A model generated the notes under the pieces. That model had not been told where the DNA came from. It saw only the letters and a program-made list of their open reading frames with translations, and did not search any database. From Patescibacteria group bacterium (lineage in GTDB: Bacteria > Patescibacteriota > Minisyncoccia > Phycocordibacterales > UBA9973), in contig JAZJXT010000001.1 in the NCBI GenBank assembly GCA_040390725.1, forward strand, positions 6,896 to 70,895: a stretch of 64,000 nt of DNA, written 5' to 3'. The position numbers and the translations under genes were made by a program. The stretch's first letter is position 1; each line of letters begins with the position of its first letter. Shown here piece by piece: positions 9,017 to 19,374 of this stretch.

Positions 9017-10273
9017 ATGGATAAAAAACTTTTAAAACAATTACAGAATGCAAAAACTGCTTCAGCAGAGCTCGGGCTTCTTTCTGGTGCGAAAAGAAAT
9101 TTAATTTTAAAAAACTTGGCGCAACTTTTACGCAAGAATAAAAAATTAATTATTTCTGCCAATCAAAAAGACGCAAAGAATTTTGACATTAATAACCCGA
9201 TGCGCGATAGGTTGCTCTTAAATGATGAACGCATCGAAGGCATGGCAAAAGAAATCGAAGGCATTATTGCATTGCCTGACCCAATAGGCGAGCTTTTTGA
9301 TTGCAGAGAAAGAGGTGAGTTAAATATTTGCAGGAAACGAGTACCGCTTGGCGTAGTTGGAATTATCTACGAATCTCGCCCAAATGTGACGACGGATGTC
9401 TCGGCTATTTGTATCAAGTCTGGCAATGCAGCTGTATTAAAAGGCGGAAAAGAAGCTCGAAATAGCTATATTGTTTTACATAATTTAATTAAAAAAGCAT
9501 TTGTTTCTGCTGGTGCAAATCCTGATGCGATACAATTTATTGACCCGAAAGACAGGGAAATAGTAAATCAAATTATCAAAGCTAATGATTATATAGATAT
9601 GATAATTCCTCGTGGAAGTCATCGCTTGATAAGTTTCGTTCGTGATAATGCCACAGTGCCTATGATAGAAACAGGCGCTGGAGTTTGCCACACATTTGTG
9701 GATGAAAGTGCGAAATTAATTCCTTCAGCAAAAATAATTTTCAATGCCAAAACTCAAAGACCCAGCGTGTGCAATGCGTTGGATACTTTGCTCGTGCATA
9801 AAAAAATAGCTGAAAAGTTTTTGCCAATGACTGCGAAACTTCTAGCTGAAAAAGAAGTGGAGATTTTTGCCGATGCTGAGAGTTTTAAAATTTTGAAAAA
9901 TGTTTATCCTAATAATCTTTTGAAAAAAGCAGTAGAGGCTGACTTTGGTAGGGAATTCTTGAGTCAAAAAATGTCTGTAAAAATTGTCTCCGGTGTGGAT
10001 GAAGCTATAAAACACATTAGTAAATTTTCTTCCAAACATTCCGAAGCCATTCTTTCTGAAAATAAACAAAATTGCCAAAAGTTTTTGGATAAAATAGATT
10101 CTGCTGTTGTATATGTAAATGCTTCCACTCGTTTTTCTGATGGGGCGGTTTTTGGATTGGGTTCTGAAATAGGGAATTCCACTTCCAAGCTTCACGCTCG
10201 TGGCCCGATGGGCCCGAAAGAGATAACCACTTACAAATGGATTGTAAAAGGTAAATATTCTACGAGAAAATAA
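9017..10273 (+). CDS. proA: gamma-glutamyl phosphate reductase
   Basis: GIIYESRPNVT, RPSVCNALDTLL, NASTRFSDG, KLHARGPMG. Confidence 0.97.
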   Translation: MDKKLLKQLQNAKTASAELGLLSGAKRNLILKNLAQLLRKNKKLIISANQKDAKNFDINNPMRDRLLLNDERIEGMAKEIEGIIALPDPIGELFDCRERGELNICRKRVPLGVVGIIYESRPNVTTDVSAICIKSGNAAVLKGGKEARNSYIVLHNLIKKAFVSAGANPDAIQFIDPKDREIVNQIIKANDYIDMIIPRGSHRLISFVRDNATVPMIETGAGVCHTFVDESAKLIPSAKIIFNAKTQRPSVCNALDTLLVHKKIAEKFLPMTAKLLAEKEVEIFADAESFKILKNVYPNNLLKKAVEADFGREFLSQKMSVKIVSGVDEAIKHISKFSSKHSEAILSENKQNCQKFLDKIDSAVVYVNASTRFSDGAVFGLGSEIGNSTSKLHARGPMGPKEITTYKWIVKGKYSTRK

Positions 10274-10276
10274 AAA

Positions 10277-12058
10277 ATGCAAAACAAAAATTGCCAAAAT
10301 TGTAAAAAAGATTTTACTGTAGACCAGGAAGATTTTAATTTTTACGAAAAAATGAAAGTTCCAGTTCCGACATTTTGTCCTATGTGCAGGGTGCAGAGGA
10401 GGTTTACATTTAGGAATGAACGCGTGCTTTACAAGAGGAAATGTGATTTTTCTGGTGAGGAAATTTTTTCAATGTATGCATCGGATTCTCCAGTAAAAAT
10501 TTATGAACGAGATATTTGGCTTTCTGATAAATGGGATGCATTGGACTATGGCAGAGACATTGATTGGTCCAGGCCGTTTTTGTCTCAGCTCTATGAACTC
10601 ATGCTTCAGGTGCCTTTTAAATCAAATAATGTTATTCGTGGAGTAAATAGTAATTATTCTAACAATGCCACTGACCCAAAAAATTGTTATTTAGTTTTTA
10701 ATACTACTAGTCCGGAGGATTGTATGTATTCAAATGGTGTAAATTTCTCACGGGACTGTGTGGACGTGTCACATGTTTCCAAGGCGGAAGGTTGTTACCA
10801 GAGTTTTTGGCTCAGTGGATGTTTTAAGACTCACTACTCTTCTCAGTGTGCAGAGTCCAGTGATTTATGGTTTTGTAAAGATTGCCAGGGATGCATGAGT
10901 TGTTTTGGTTGTGTTGATTTAGTTAATAAAAATTATTATTTTTTTAATCAAAAATGTAGTAAAGAAGAATATGAAAAAAAAGTAAAAGAATATAATCTTC
11001 ACACCAGAGAGGGGATTAAAAAAGCACAAGACGAGGCACTCGCTTTTTGGAAGAAATTCCCTAATAAGAATTTTCAAGGCGTAAAGAATTTAAATTGTAC
11101 TGGTTCTTATGTGACTAACTCTAAAAATGTACATGACTCTTTTCTCGTACGTGAAGGAGAAAATCTACGATACTGCCAATATTTACAAGAAATGCCAGCT
11201 CCAAAAGATTGTTATGATTATTCGGGCTGGGGTTCAGGTGCTGAAATGGTATACGAAGCAGTGTCCACTGGATCAAATGCTCAAAATGTAAAATTTACGT
11301 GGCTAACTCAAGAGAATGTGCATGATATGGAATATACAATGGCTTGTTCAAACGGCTCTCAAAATTTATTTGGCTGTGTGGGATTACGCCATAAAGAGTA
11401 TTGTATTTTAAATAAAAAATATACAAAAGAGGAATATGAAATTTTAATTGAAAAAATAAAAAAACATATGGATGAGATGCCTTATGTGGATAAAGTTGGT
11501 CGTGTATATAAATACGGAGAGTTTTATCCTGCTGAAATGAGTCCTTGGGCATACAATGAAACTATTGCATATGAATATTTTCCTTTAACTAAAGAGGAAG
11601 CTCTCGCGAAAGGCTACAGATGGCGTGATCCAGATGCAAAAGATTATACGCCTACAATTTTAGCAGAAAATATACCGGTAGATATCATAAAGGTAGATGA
11701 CTCAATCACGGGAGAGGTATTTGAATGTGCCCACAAGAGGGAATGCAATCATAATTGTACAAAAGCATTTCGGATTATTCCAAATGAATTAAATTTTTAT
11801 AGAAAAATAGGTGTTCCTTTGCCTACTTTGTGTCCCGCTTGTCGTACAATGGAGAGGTTAAAAATGCGTTTAGGTGTAGAACTTTATGATAGGAATTGCA
11901 TGTGTACTGGAGAATTTTCAGAAGATAAAGAATATAAAAATTCAGTTTCTCATACTCACGGCAACAGTCATTGTGAAAACAAATTTAAAACAGGATACAA
12001 TCCGACAAAGAAGGATATAGTCTACTGTGAGCAGTGTTATCAGCAAGAGGTATATTAA
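10277..12058 (+). CDS. Cys-rich protein with terminal zinc ribbons and a central short-repeat solenoid (CPR-type)
   Basis: CxxC pairs at both ends (CQNC, CPMC, CPAC, CEQC), repeated CFGCVDL/LFGCVGL..YCILNK units. Confidence 0.8.
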   Translation: MQNKNCQNCKKDFTVDQEDFNFYEKMKVPVPTFCPMCRVQRRFTFRNERVLYKRKCDFSGEEIFSMYASDSPVKIYERDIWLSDKWDALDYGRDIDWSRPFLSQLYELMLQVPFKSNNVIRGVNSNYSNNATDPKNCYLVFNTTSPEDCMYSNGVNFSRDCVDVSHVSKAEGCYQSFWLSGCFKTHYSSQCAESSDLWFCKDCQGCMSCFGCVDLVNKNYYFFNQKCSKEEYEKKVKEYNLHTREGIKKAQDEALAFWKKFPNKNFQGVKNLNCTGSYVTNSKNVHDSFLVREGENLRYCQYLQEMPAPKDCYDYSGWGSGAEMVYEAVSTGSNAQNVKFTWLTQENVHDMEYTMACSNGSQNLFGCVGLRHKEYCILNKKYTKEEYEILIEKIKKHMDEMPYVDKVGRVYKYGEFYPAEMSPWAYNETIAYEYFPLTKEEALAKGYRWRDPDAKDYTPTILAENIPVDIIKVDDSITGEVFECAHKRECNHNCTKAFRIIPNELNFYRKIGVPLPTLCPACRTMERLKMRLGVELYDRNCMCTGEFSEDKEYKNSVSHTHGNSHCENKFKTGYNPTKKDIVYCEQCYQQEVY

Positions 12059-12118
12059 TTAGTTGCTTTAAATATAATTATTCTAGCGTGTAGTCAATAA
12101 ATATGTTAAATTAAGTTT

Positions 12119-12472
12119 ATGGGAATAATAATTTTAGACAAACAAATAGGAATGGACGAAGTGAAAGAACTCGCAAAAAGCTGGTATGGCACAATGATAA
12201 AAGGTGCGGTTGATATTATGGACGGGCGGGTAGCTCTAGGCGGGGATTATCATATTGAAGACTCTGAAATGCTTACAAGCACAGGTTCAAAATTTGAAAA
12301 TGTTTGGGGCTTTAATATAAGATTTGAAGAAAATGAAAACGGTGTTTTAGAATTTGATTCTATGGTAAATATCAAGCCAAATCTCGGCAATCGTTCTCGA
12401 AATATCAGTGACCCGGAAGTTATAAAAAAAGGCGAAGAAATAATTTACAAACTTATTAAATTTGTCAGTTAG
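12119..12472 (+). CDS. DUF5674-like protein
   Basis: IKGAVDI, GGDYHID-like, NVWGFNI, FDSMVNIKP..NRSR. Confidence 0.75.
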   Translation: MGIIILDKQIGMDEVKELAKSWYGTMIKGAVDIMDGRVALGGDYHIEDSEMLTSTGSKFENVWGFNIRFEENENGVLEFDSMVNIKPNLGNRSRNISDPEVIKKGEEIIYKLIKFVS

Positions 12473-12488
12473 TTTTTTTTGTAATTTT

Positions 12489-12785
12489 ATGGAGAAAAAT
12501 TCTTTATTTTACATGGCAAATCTTTACCCAGAAATAGGGCGACTTTTTTCTTTTTATGATTCTGGGAAAAATGAAGCGGCAGAAAATGCAAAGACCAGGG
12601 CGTTAGGCATAGTTGATCAAATATTATCTTTTCGAGATATTATCCCTGCTGGACGTGAAGAATGGAGTGTTATTAAAAATTTTATTTTAGGTTATCAAAA
12701 CCTTGATTCATACGAACGAAGAATTTTGGAAAAATACGCCGAGCCGTTTTCCTATAAATTTATGAATCAGTATTCTTCGGTATAA
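12489..12785 (+). CDS. small helical hypothetical protein
   Basis: MANLYPEIGR motif; ATG 12489 preferred to TTG 12462. Confidence 0.65.
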   Translation: MEKNSLFYMANLYPEIGRLFSFYDSGKNEAAENAKTRALGIVDQILSFRDIIPAGREEWSVIKNFILGYQNLDSYERRILEKYAEPFSYKFMNQYSSV

Positions 12786-12789
12786 AAAA

Positions 12790-13569
12790 TTAAACTTTAA
12801 ATATAATTCCAACCAGGTATCCTACAAAAGCGGAGAGCATTCCTATCAAGAGCATTTTTATAGCTTCTTTCATGAAATTTCTGCCTAGGGTGACTTTTGC
12901 TTTATAGTATCCCGCTGCGAATAAAACTCCCGCCGCTAAAATCAAACTAAAAATAGTGGCATATGTAATAGGAAGGAAAAAGTAAGCGGTCAGTGGAATA
13001 AATGATCCGATAAGAGCAGAAATGCCGACAAGGAAACCGGAAGGCAATGCTTGCTTGCGGTCTACACGCTGGAGTTTTAATTCTTGTTCCATCATTATTT
13101 TTAGCCAAATATCTTTATCACTCGTTATTTTTTTCACTATGTCTTCCAAGATTTCTCCTTCAAAACCATAATCTCGATATAGAACTCGGATTTCTTCCAC
13201 TTCACCTTCGGGCGCATTTTCTATTTCCCATTTTTCTCGTTCCATTTCGGATTGATAATAATCCGCTTCGGCGAGCTTGGATGTATAAGCAACTGCCGCC
13301 ATCGAGACACTTTCGGCAAATGTCGCGGCCAGTCCGGCGACGATGACGACTTTTGAAGAAGCTGTCGCGGCGGCGACACCTAGAATAACTCCCAAAACAT
13401 TTACCAAACCGTCCTGCCCGCCCAATATTATTTCCGGAAGGTTAAAACCTACAAGATGTTTTTCTTTATGTTCCGCATCTTTGTCCACAACATTTTTTAA
13501 ATGAGAAGCTTTTAATTTATTAATATCTTTTTCTAAATATGCTTTTCGGGCATCTTGTATCCTTGTCAT
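12790..13569 (-). CDS. VIT1/CCC1 family Fe/Mn transporter
   Basis: ILGGQDGLVNVLG, AESVSMAA, EREKWEI, MMEQEL; five TM helices. Confidence 0.92.
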   Translation of the reverse strand: MTRIQDARKAYLEKDINKLKASHLKNVVDKDAEHKEKHLVGFNLPEIILGGQDGLVNVLGVILGVAAATASSKVVIVAGLAATFAESVSMAAVAYTSKLAEADYYQSEMEREKWEIENAPEGEVEEIRVLYRDYGFEGEILEDIVKKITSDKDIWLKIMMEQELKLQRVDRKQALPSGFLVGISALIGSFIPLTAYFFLPITYATIFSLILAAGVLFAAGYYKAKVTLGRNFMKEAIKMLLIGMLSAFVGYLVGIIFKV

Positions 13570-13622
13570 GGTTGGATTATAACATATTATTGTTTTGTTC
13601 TACTTCTCATGAAGCCATAAAT

Positions 13623-13650
13623 TTGACATTTTAGCTGTATTTGCTAGTAT
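13623..13650 (+). promoter_or_regulatory. promoter for the rpsS-rplE half of the operon
   Basis: TTGACA-16nt-TAGTAT, atttgacatt...atttgctagtat as before tuf. Confidence 0.65.
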
Positions 13651-13688
13651 GGGTATCAGCTCGATTTCGGGCTTTTTATTTAATAGAA

Positions 13689-14036
13689 ATGACAAGATCA
13701 ATCAAAAAAGGAATAAATGTCGACGAAAAATTGCTAAAGAAAATAGCGGGTAAAAACCCATTGGAAACAGCAATGATCAAGACATGGAAAAGAGCTTGTC
13801 AGATAGCCCCTGAGATGGTTGGTTTCGTTTTTGGTGTTTACAATGGCAAGGTTCATATCGAAGTATTAGTTACTGAAGACATGGTAGGACACAGATTGGG
13901 TGAATTTTCTCCTACAAAGAAATTCTTGAAACACGGAGGAAAGATGCAAAAGGAAATGGAGCAGAAAAAGAAAGAAGCTGAAATAACAGCAGCTAAAGGA
14001 GCGACAGCAGCCGCAGCTGACACAAAGAAGAAATAA
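13689..14036 (+). CDS. rpsS: 30S ribosomal protein S19 with C-terminal extension
   Basis: MTRSIKKG, MVGHRLGEFSPT; true start ATG 13689. Confidence 0.97.
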   Translation: MTRSIKKGINVDEKLLKKIAGKNPLETAMIKTWKRACQIAPEMVGFVFGVYNGKVHIEVLVTEDMVGHRLGEFSPTKKFLKHGGKMQKEMEQKKKEAEITAAKGATAAAADTKKK

Positions 14037-14045
14037 AATAATCAT

Positions 14046-14444
14046 ATGAAAGCCTTTTTGAAAAATTATAGACAGTCCCCAAGAAAAGTCCGCCTTGTAG
14101 CGGGTCTTGTTCGTGGTAAAGACGTTTCTGAAGCTTTGGTAGAATTGGATTTCTTGGCGAAGCGCGCAGGTGAACCGATTCAGAAATTGATTAAATCCGC
14201 AGTTGCAAATGCAAAACAAATCGGTTTAGACGCTGAGAATTTATTTATAAAAGAAATTACAGTTGATAAAGGGATAGTCATGAAAAGAATGATGCCTGCA
14301 GCCATGGGTTCCGGACACAGAATAAACAAGAGAACGAGCCACATCAATGTAGTGCTCGCAGAAAGAGTTGCAAAAGTTAAAAAAGTAAAAACAGTTAAAG
14401 CAAAAGTCGCAACAAAAAAAGTAGTTACAAAAAAAGCAAAATAA
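14046..14444 (+). CDS. rplV: 50S ribosomal protein L22 with Lys/Val-rich tail
   Basis: RQSPRKVRLVA, SAVANA, KRTSHI. Confidence 0.98.
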   Translation: MKAFLKNYRQSPRKVRLVAGLVRGKDVSEALVELDFLAKRAGEPIQKLIKSAVANAKQIGLDAENLFIKEITVDKGIVMKRMMPAAMGSGHRINKRTSHINVVLAERVAKVKKVKTVKAKVATKKVVTKKAK

Positions 14445-14448
14445 TTTT

Positions 14449-15132
14449 ATGTCAAAAATAGTACACCCATATGCGCATAGATTAGTAATTCTCCGAGACT
14501 GGAAGTCTCGCTGGTTTGCTGAGCCTAAAAAATATTGTGATTTCTTAAAAGGGGATGTGCTTATTCGCGAGTACTTGGAAAAGAAATTGCGAGGAATGTA
14601 TCTTTCTTCTATTGAAATAGAAAGAAGTCAAAAGGCGACTCGTTTTATGATCAAGACTTCACGACCTGGTTTGATAATCGGCAGAAATGGTGAAGGCGCG
14701 ACAAAACTAAAAGAAGAAATTTTGAAGAAAATGCAAAAGTTGAAACTTTCCAAGCCGGAAGAATTCAAATTGGAAATAATCGAAGTTACAAATCCTGAAT
14801 CTGATGCTGCTATCGTGGCTTATATGATCGCTGAAGGATTGGAAAAAAGAATGCCATATCGCCGAGTTATCAAGCAAGTTTTGGAAAAAGTTATGACTGC
14901 TCGTGGCGTAGAAGGTGCCCGAGTTACTCTTTCCGGACGTCTTGGTGGAGCTGAAATTGCTCGTACGGAAGATTTGAAACGAGGTTCTATCCCGCTTCAG
15001 ACTTTCCGCGCGGATATTGATTTCAAGCGAGAAAAAGCGCATTTGCCTTATGGTGATGTGGGTATAAAAGTTTGGATTTACCGAGGTAAGATTTTTTCTG
15101 AAAAGAAAAAGCAAGAAGTAGTAAATAATTAA
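14449..15132 (+). CDS. rpsC: 30S ribosomal protein S3
   Basis: KVHP-like start, RPGLIIG, SGRLGGAEIAR, PLQTFRADID. Confidence 0.98.
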   Translation: MSKIVHPYAHRLVILRDWKSRWFAEPKKYCDFLKGDVLIREYLEKKLRGMYLSSIEIERSQKATRFMIKTSRPGLIIGRNGEGATKLKEEILKKMQKLKLSKPEEFKLEIIEVTNPESDAAIVAYMIAEGLEKRMPYRRVIKQVLEKVMTARGVEGARVTLSGRLGGAEIARTEDLKRGSIPLQTFRADIDFKREKAHLPYGDVGIKVWIYRGKIFSEKKKQEVVNN

Positions 15133-15141
15133 TATAAATAT

Positions 15142-15570
15142 ATGTTAGTACCAAAAAAAGTAAAATTTAGAAAGTGGCAGACAGGACGCATGAACAAAAA
15201 GGCGATGACTGCAGATACCCGCGGAACAAAATTAGCCTTCGGTTCTTTCGGATTGAAAGCCGAGACTCAAGCTCGCGTCAAATCAAATCAAATAGAATCC
15301 GCCCGCAAGGCAATGTCTCGCGCACTTACAAAAGCCGGCAAATATTGGATCCGTATTTTTCCTGACAGACCTTATACAGCAAAAGCCGCAGAAGTAGGTA
15401 TGGGAAAGGGAAAGGGTGATCCGCAAGGGTATTGTTTTGAGGTTTTTCCTGGACGCATAATTTTCGAAGTTGATGGAATAGATGAAAAAATAGCACGTGA
15501 AGCCTTGAGAAAAGCTGGTACAAAATTGCCGATCAAGTTTAGAATAGTTTCCAGAGTTAAAAAACAATAA
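15142..15570 (+). CDS. rplP: 50S ribosomal protein L16
   Basis: PKKVKFRK, WIRIFPD, MGKGKG. Confidence 0.98.
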   Translation: MLVPKKVKFRKWQTGRMNKKAMTADTRGTKLAFGSFGLKAETQARVKSNQIESARKAMSRALTKAGKYWIRIFPDRPYTAKAAEVGMGKGKGDPQGYCFEVFPGRIIFEVDGIDEKIAREALRKAGTKLPIKFRIVSRVKKQ

Positions 15571-15579
15571 TAAAATTAT

Positions 15580-15771
15580 ATGGCAAAAAAAGTTGAAAAT
15601 TTAAAAGGAATGAAAAAAGCGGAACTCGAGTCTACTCTCGCTACTTTACGAGAAAATGTACGAGGAATAATGTTTAAGGCTGAAGGTTCAAAATCAAAAA
15701 ATGTGAAAGAATTAGCAACCTTAAAAAAACAAATCGCCCGAGTAATGACAGAGTTAAACAAAAAGAAATAA
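15580..15771 (+). CDS. rpmC: 50S ribosomal protein L29
   Basis: 63 aa, KKQIARVMT; position between rplP and rpsQ. Confidence 0.9.
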   Translation: MAKKVENLKGMKKAELESTLATLRENVRGIMFKAEGSKSKNVKELATLKKQIARVMTELNKKK

Positions 15772-15774
15772 TTT

Positions 15775-16050
15775 ATGAAAAAAGCAACAACAAAAACAAA
15801 TACAGAAAGTACGGAAAACAAAGGCACAGTTTTAAAAGGTACAGTTGTTTCCGACAAGATGAACAAGACAATTGTCGTTTCCGTTTCTCGTTTTATCAAG
15901 CACCCTAAATACGGCAAGTTTTATCAGAAGAATAAAAAGTACAAGGTGCATGATGAAAATAACACATACAAAGTAGGTGATAAAGTAGAAATAATAGAAA
16001 CACGACCAATTTCAAAAGATAAAAAGTTTAAAGTTTTAGAAAAGAATTAG
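15775..16050 (+). CDS. rpsQ: 30S ribosomal protein S17
   Basis: [24 protein letters not shown]. Confidence 0.97.
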   Translation: MKKATTKTNTESTENKGTVLKGTVVSDKMNKTIVVSVSRFIKHPKYGKFYQKNKKYKVHDENNTYKVGDKVEIIETRPISKDKKFKVLEKN

Positions 16051-16068
16051 AAAATTTAATTTAAATTT

Positions 16069-16440
16069 ATGATACAACCAGAAACATTAGTAAAAATAAC
16101 AGACAATGCCGGAGGCACTATCGGAAAAGTGTTCAAGGTTTTAGGCAGTGCTCACAAGAGATACGCTACTCTAGGCGAGCTTGTTATTATTTCCGTCAAA
16201 GTCGCTTCACCTCGTAAGGGAGTTAAGAAGAAAGATGTGCATCAGGCAGTCGTTGTACGTACTCGCAATGCTTATCGCCGAAAGGACGGTTCATACATTC
16301 GTTTTGATGACAACGCTGTAGTTATTTTGGAAAAAGGAAAGAAAGATCCAAAAGCAGGACGCGTATTCGGACCTATCCCTCGTGAGCTCGCTGAGAAAGG
16401 TTTTCAGAAGATTATTTCTTTGGCACCGGAAGTTATTTAA
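16069..16440 (+). CDS. rplN: 50S ribosomal protein L14
   Basis: MIQ, IRFDDNAVV, RVFGP, ISLAPEVI. Confidence 0.98.
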   Translation: MIQPETLVKITDNAGGTIGKVFKVLGSAHKRYATLGELVIISVKVASPRKGVKKKDVHQAVVVRTRNAYRRKDGSYIRFDDNAVVILEKGKKDPKAGRVFGPIPRELAEKGFQKIISLAPEVI

Positions 16441-16447
16441 AAATAGC

Positions 16448-16488
16448 CCCGATGTCGGACATATGGAAACCATATGTCCGACATCGGG
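16448..16488. repeat. REP-like palindrome, 19-bp arms with AAA loop
   Basis: cccgatgtcggacatatgg-aaa-ccatatgtccgacatcggg. Confidence 0.9.
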
Positions 16489-16503
16489 ACAAAAGAAAAA
16501 CAT

Positions 16504-16809
16504 ATGAAATTAAAAAAAGGAGACAATATAATAATCATCACAGGAAAAGACAAAGGCAAGAAAGGTAAAATTACCAAAGTTTTTCCTGATTTAAACAAAG
16601 TCGTAGTAGAAGGCGCAAATACAATGAAGAAGCACCAACGTCCTAGAAAGTCCGGCGAAAAAGGCCAGATGGTTTCCATTTCTATGCCGATGCATGCTTC
16701 CAATGTAATGATTGCAGATCCAAAATCAGGCAAGCCTTCCAAGATCGGCAAGAAAAAAGTAGGCGATAAAATGGTCAGAATCGCCCGAAAAAGTAAACAA
16801 GAAATTTAA
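16504..16809 (+). CDS. rplX: 50S ribosomal protein L24
   Basis: KKGDNI..GKDKGKKG KOW motif, MHASNV; start at ATG 16504. Confidence 0.97.
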   Translation: MKLKKGDNIIIITGKDKGKKGKITKVFPDLNKVVVEGANTMKKHQRPRKSGEKGQMVSISMPMHASNVMIADPKSGKPSKIGKKKVGDKMVRIARKSKQEI

Positions 16810-16814
16810 AAAAT

Positions 16815-17381
16815 ATGAAACACTTAACCGTAAAAGAAAAAGAAGCAGAGGCATTTTCAAAAATGAAAGGTACTTTTGGTTACAAGAATGCAATGTCTGC
16901 GCCAAGATTAAAAAAGATAGTTATCAACGTAGGCACAGGCACCGCTGTTAAAAAAGATAAAAACAAAAATACTGCAATTGCAGAACGTTTAACAAAAATA
17001 ACAGGCCAGAAGCCAGCTCTTCGCGGAGCAAAGCAATCTATTGCATCTTTCAAAATCCGTCAGGGCGACCCTGTAGGTATCGTGGTTACTCTTCGTGGCA
17101 AGAGAATGTATGCTTTCTTGGAAAAATTAATTAACGTATCTCTTCCTCGTACAAAAGACTTCCGTGGTATCAATCGCACAACTGTGGACAGTATTGGAAA
17201 CCTTACTCTCGGCATCAAGGAACACACTATTTTCCCTGAAACAGCTGATGAAGACATCAAAGACGTATTCGGTATGGCTATCACCATGGTATCCTCGGCA
17301 AAAACTAAACCCGAAGGTTTCGCATTTTTCGAATTGCTAGGTATTCCTTTTAAAAAGGAAGAGGCAGGTAAGAAAAAATAA
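16815..17381 (+). CDS. rplE: 50S ribosomal protein L5
   Basis: ITGQKP, FKIRQG, VTLRG, PRTKDFRG. Confidence 0.98.
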   Translation: MKHLTVKEKEAEAFSKMKGTFGYKNAMSAPRLKKIVINVGTGTAVKKDKNKNTAIAERLTKITGQKPALRGAKQSIASFKIRQGDPVGIVVTLRGKRMYAFLEKLINVSLPRTKDFRGINRTTVDSIGNLTLGIKEHTIFPETADEDIKDVFGMAITMVSSAKTKPEGFAFFELLGIPFKKEEAGKKK

Positions 17382-17445
17382 ATTCTATTTTTCTATTTTT
17401 CTATTTTTTATTTCTTTTTTAGGTTTTTTATGCTACGATAGCCAG

Positions 17446-19362
17446 ATGCAAATGCAGAATTTTTTTAATCAAAAAGACCAGAAAAATATGGGTATGCCAA
17501 AGAAAAAAGGGGAGAAAGAGCCAAAGTTTGCGGGCAGTATTGCCGGCGCTATTTTATTTTTTATGCTTTTGACAGGGCTTTATTTGGTTATTTCTGATAA
17601 TTCCGCAAAACCGACAACGGAAGTTTCTATTTCAGATTTGGCAAAAAGCGTGTCAGCAGGGGAAGTGAAAGGTATTACTGTGGAGACTGACAAACTTTCT
17701 ATTGAGTATAAAAATGGTGACAAAAAAACAGCAAAAAAAGAAATTGAAAGTTCTTTGTCGCAGACTTTATTTAATTACGGTGTAAAACCAGAAGCAGTAC
17801 AGGCTACTGAAATAACTGTGAAAGATGACAGCGGGTTTATTTTTTGGGCGGGGAATATCATTCCATTTCTTTTGCCGGTTTTGTTTGTTATTTTTTTCTT
17901 TTGGTATCTTTCAAAACAAGTAAAGGGTGCGGGGATGCAAGCATTTTCCTTTGGGCAATCAAAAGCGCGCATCACCGACCCAAATGACAATAATAACAAA
18001 GTGACATTTAAAGACGTCGCCGGAAATAAAGAAGCGAAAGAAGAATTGACGGAGATTGTGGATTTTTTGAAAGCTCCGAAAAAGTTTTTAGATATCGGTG
18101 CTAGAATTCCTAAGGGAGTTATTTTAACAGGTTCGCCGGGTACAGGGAAGACATTGCTCGCGAGGGCAGTAGCGGGGGAGGCCGGCGTGCCATTCTTTCA
18201 TCTTTCTGGTTCGGAATTCGTGGAGATGTTCGTAGGTGTTGGGGCGAGTCGTGTGCGCGACCTTTTCAAAATGGCAAAGAAAGCCGCGCCGGCTATTATC
18301 TTCGTGGATGAACTCGATGCTATCGGACGCACTCGCGGGGGAGGTTTTGGCGGAGGCAATGATGAACGCGAGCAAACTTTAAACCAAATTCTTGTGGAGA
18401 TGGATGGTTTTGAACCGGCAGATAAAGTAATAGTAATGGCTGCGACGAATCGCGCGGATGTCCTCGACCCTGCTCTCGTGCGACCGGGGCGTTTCGACAG
18501 AAAAGTAATTCTTGATTTGCCTGACCGCGCTGACCGTGAAGAAATTTTGAAAATTCACGCAGTGAAAAAACCTTTGGCGGAAGATATTAATTTGAAATTA
18601 ATTGCCGAGAGGACACCTGGTTTTTCCGGAGCGGATTTATCATCGCTCATGAACGAAGGCGCAATATTGGCAGCACGAGAAAATAGAAAAAAAGTTTTCC
18701 AATTTGACCTCATTCGTTCTATCGAAAAAGTGATGATGGGTCCTGAGCGCAAGAGTCATTTACTGACGAAAAAAGAAAAAGAAATAACTGCATATCACGA
18801 AGCCGGACACGCACTTGTGGCTTCTGTTCTTCCGCACGCTGACCCGGTACACAAAGTTTCCATTGTTGCTCGTGGACGAGCCGGTGGATACACTATGAAG
18901 CTTCCACTCGAAGAAAGAAAATTGCAATCTAAAAAAGAATTTATCGATGACATAGCGATGTCTCTAGGCGGATATGTCGCGGAGAAAATGATTTTCGGAG
19001 ACATCACTACCGGACCTTCGAGTGATTTGCAAGTGGCGACTAACCTCGCGCGCGCGATGGTGACGAGATGGGGGATGTCGGATGTTATCGGACCGATTGC
19101 TTTAAATGGAGAAGGAGGAAAATCTGCTTGGGGTATGCCGGAAGAAAAAGAATATTCCGAAGCAATGTCTGAAAAAATAGATGAGGAAGTTTCTAAAATA
19201 ATAAACAACGGAATAAAATCCGCGGAGAAAGTTTTGACCGAACACAAAAAAGCTTTGGCTTCTATCGCGAACAAGCTTATCGAAGTCGAGACATTGGAAA
19301 AAGACGAATATGAAAAAATAATTATAGCACATGGTATTTTGCCAAAGAAGATTGAAGGATAA
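17446..19362 (+). CDS. ftsH: ATP-dependent zinc metalloprotease FtsH
   Basis: two TM helices, [29 protein letters not shown]. Confidence 0.98.
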   Translation: MQMQNFFNQKDQKNMGMPKKKGEKEPKFAGSIAGAILFFMLLTGLYLVISDNSAKPTTEVSISDLAKSVSAGEVKGITVETDKLSIEYKNGDKKTAKKEIESSLSQTLFNYGVKPEAVQATEITVKDDSGFIFWAGNIIPFLLPVLFVIFFFWYLSKQVKGAGMQAFSFGQSKARITDPNDNNNKVTFKDVAGNKEAKEELTEIVDFLKAPKKFLDIGARIPKGVILTGSPGTGKTLLARAVAGEAGVPFFHLSGSEFVEMFVGVGASRVRDLFKMAKKAAPAIIFVDELDAIGRTRGGGFGGGNDEREQTLNQILVEMDGFEPADKVIVMAATNRADVLDPALVRPGRFDRKVILDLPDRADREEILKIHAVKKPLAEDINLKLIAERTPGFSGADLSSLMNEGAILAARENRKKVFQFDLIRSIEKVMMGPERKSHLLTKKEKEITAYHEAGHALVASVLPHADPVHKVSIVARGRAGGYTMKLPLEERKLQSKKEFIDDIAMSLGGYVAEKMIFGDITTGPSSDLQVATNLARAMVTRWGMSDVIGPIALNGEGGKSAWGMPEEKEYSEAMSEKIDEEVSKIINNGIKSAEKVLTEHKKALASIANKLIEVETLEKDEYEKIIIAHGILPKKIEG

Positions 19363-19374
19363 TTTGTTTTATTG

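Noticed and set aside
13641-13688. N-terminal extension of S19 from TTG 13641
   Set aside because: Overlaps the -10 box; the conserved start MTRS is at 13689.
16474-16503. MSDIGTKEKH N-terminal extension of L24
   Set aside because: The upstream ATG lies inside the palindromic repeat; the canonical MKLKKGD start is at 16504.
17383-17420. (ttctatttt)n run between rplE and ftsH
   Set aside because: Short low-complexity T-rich tract; could aid termination but has no supportable specific function.
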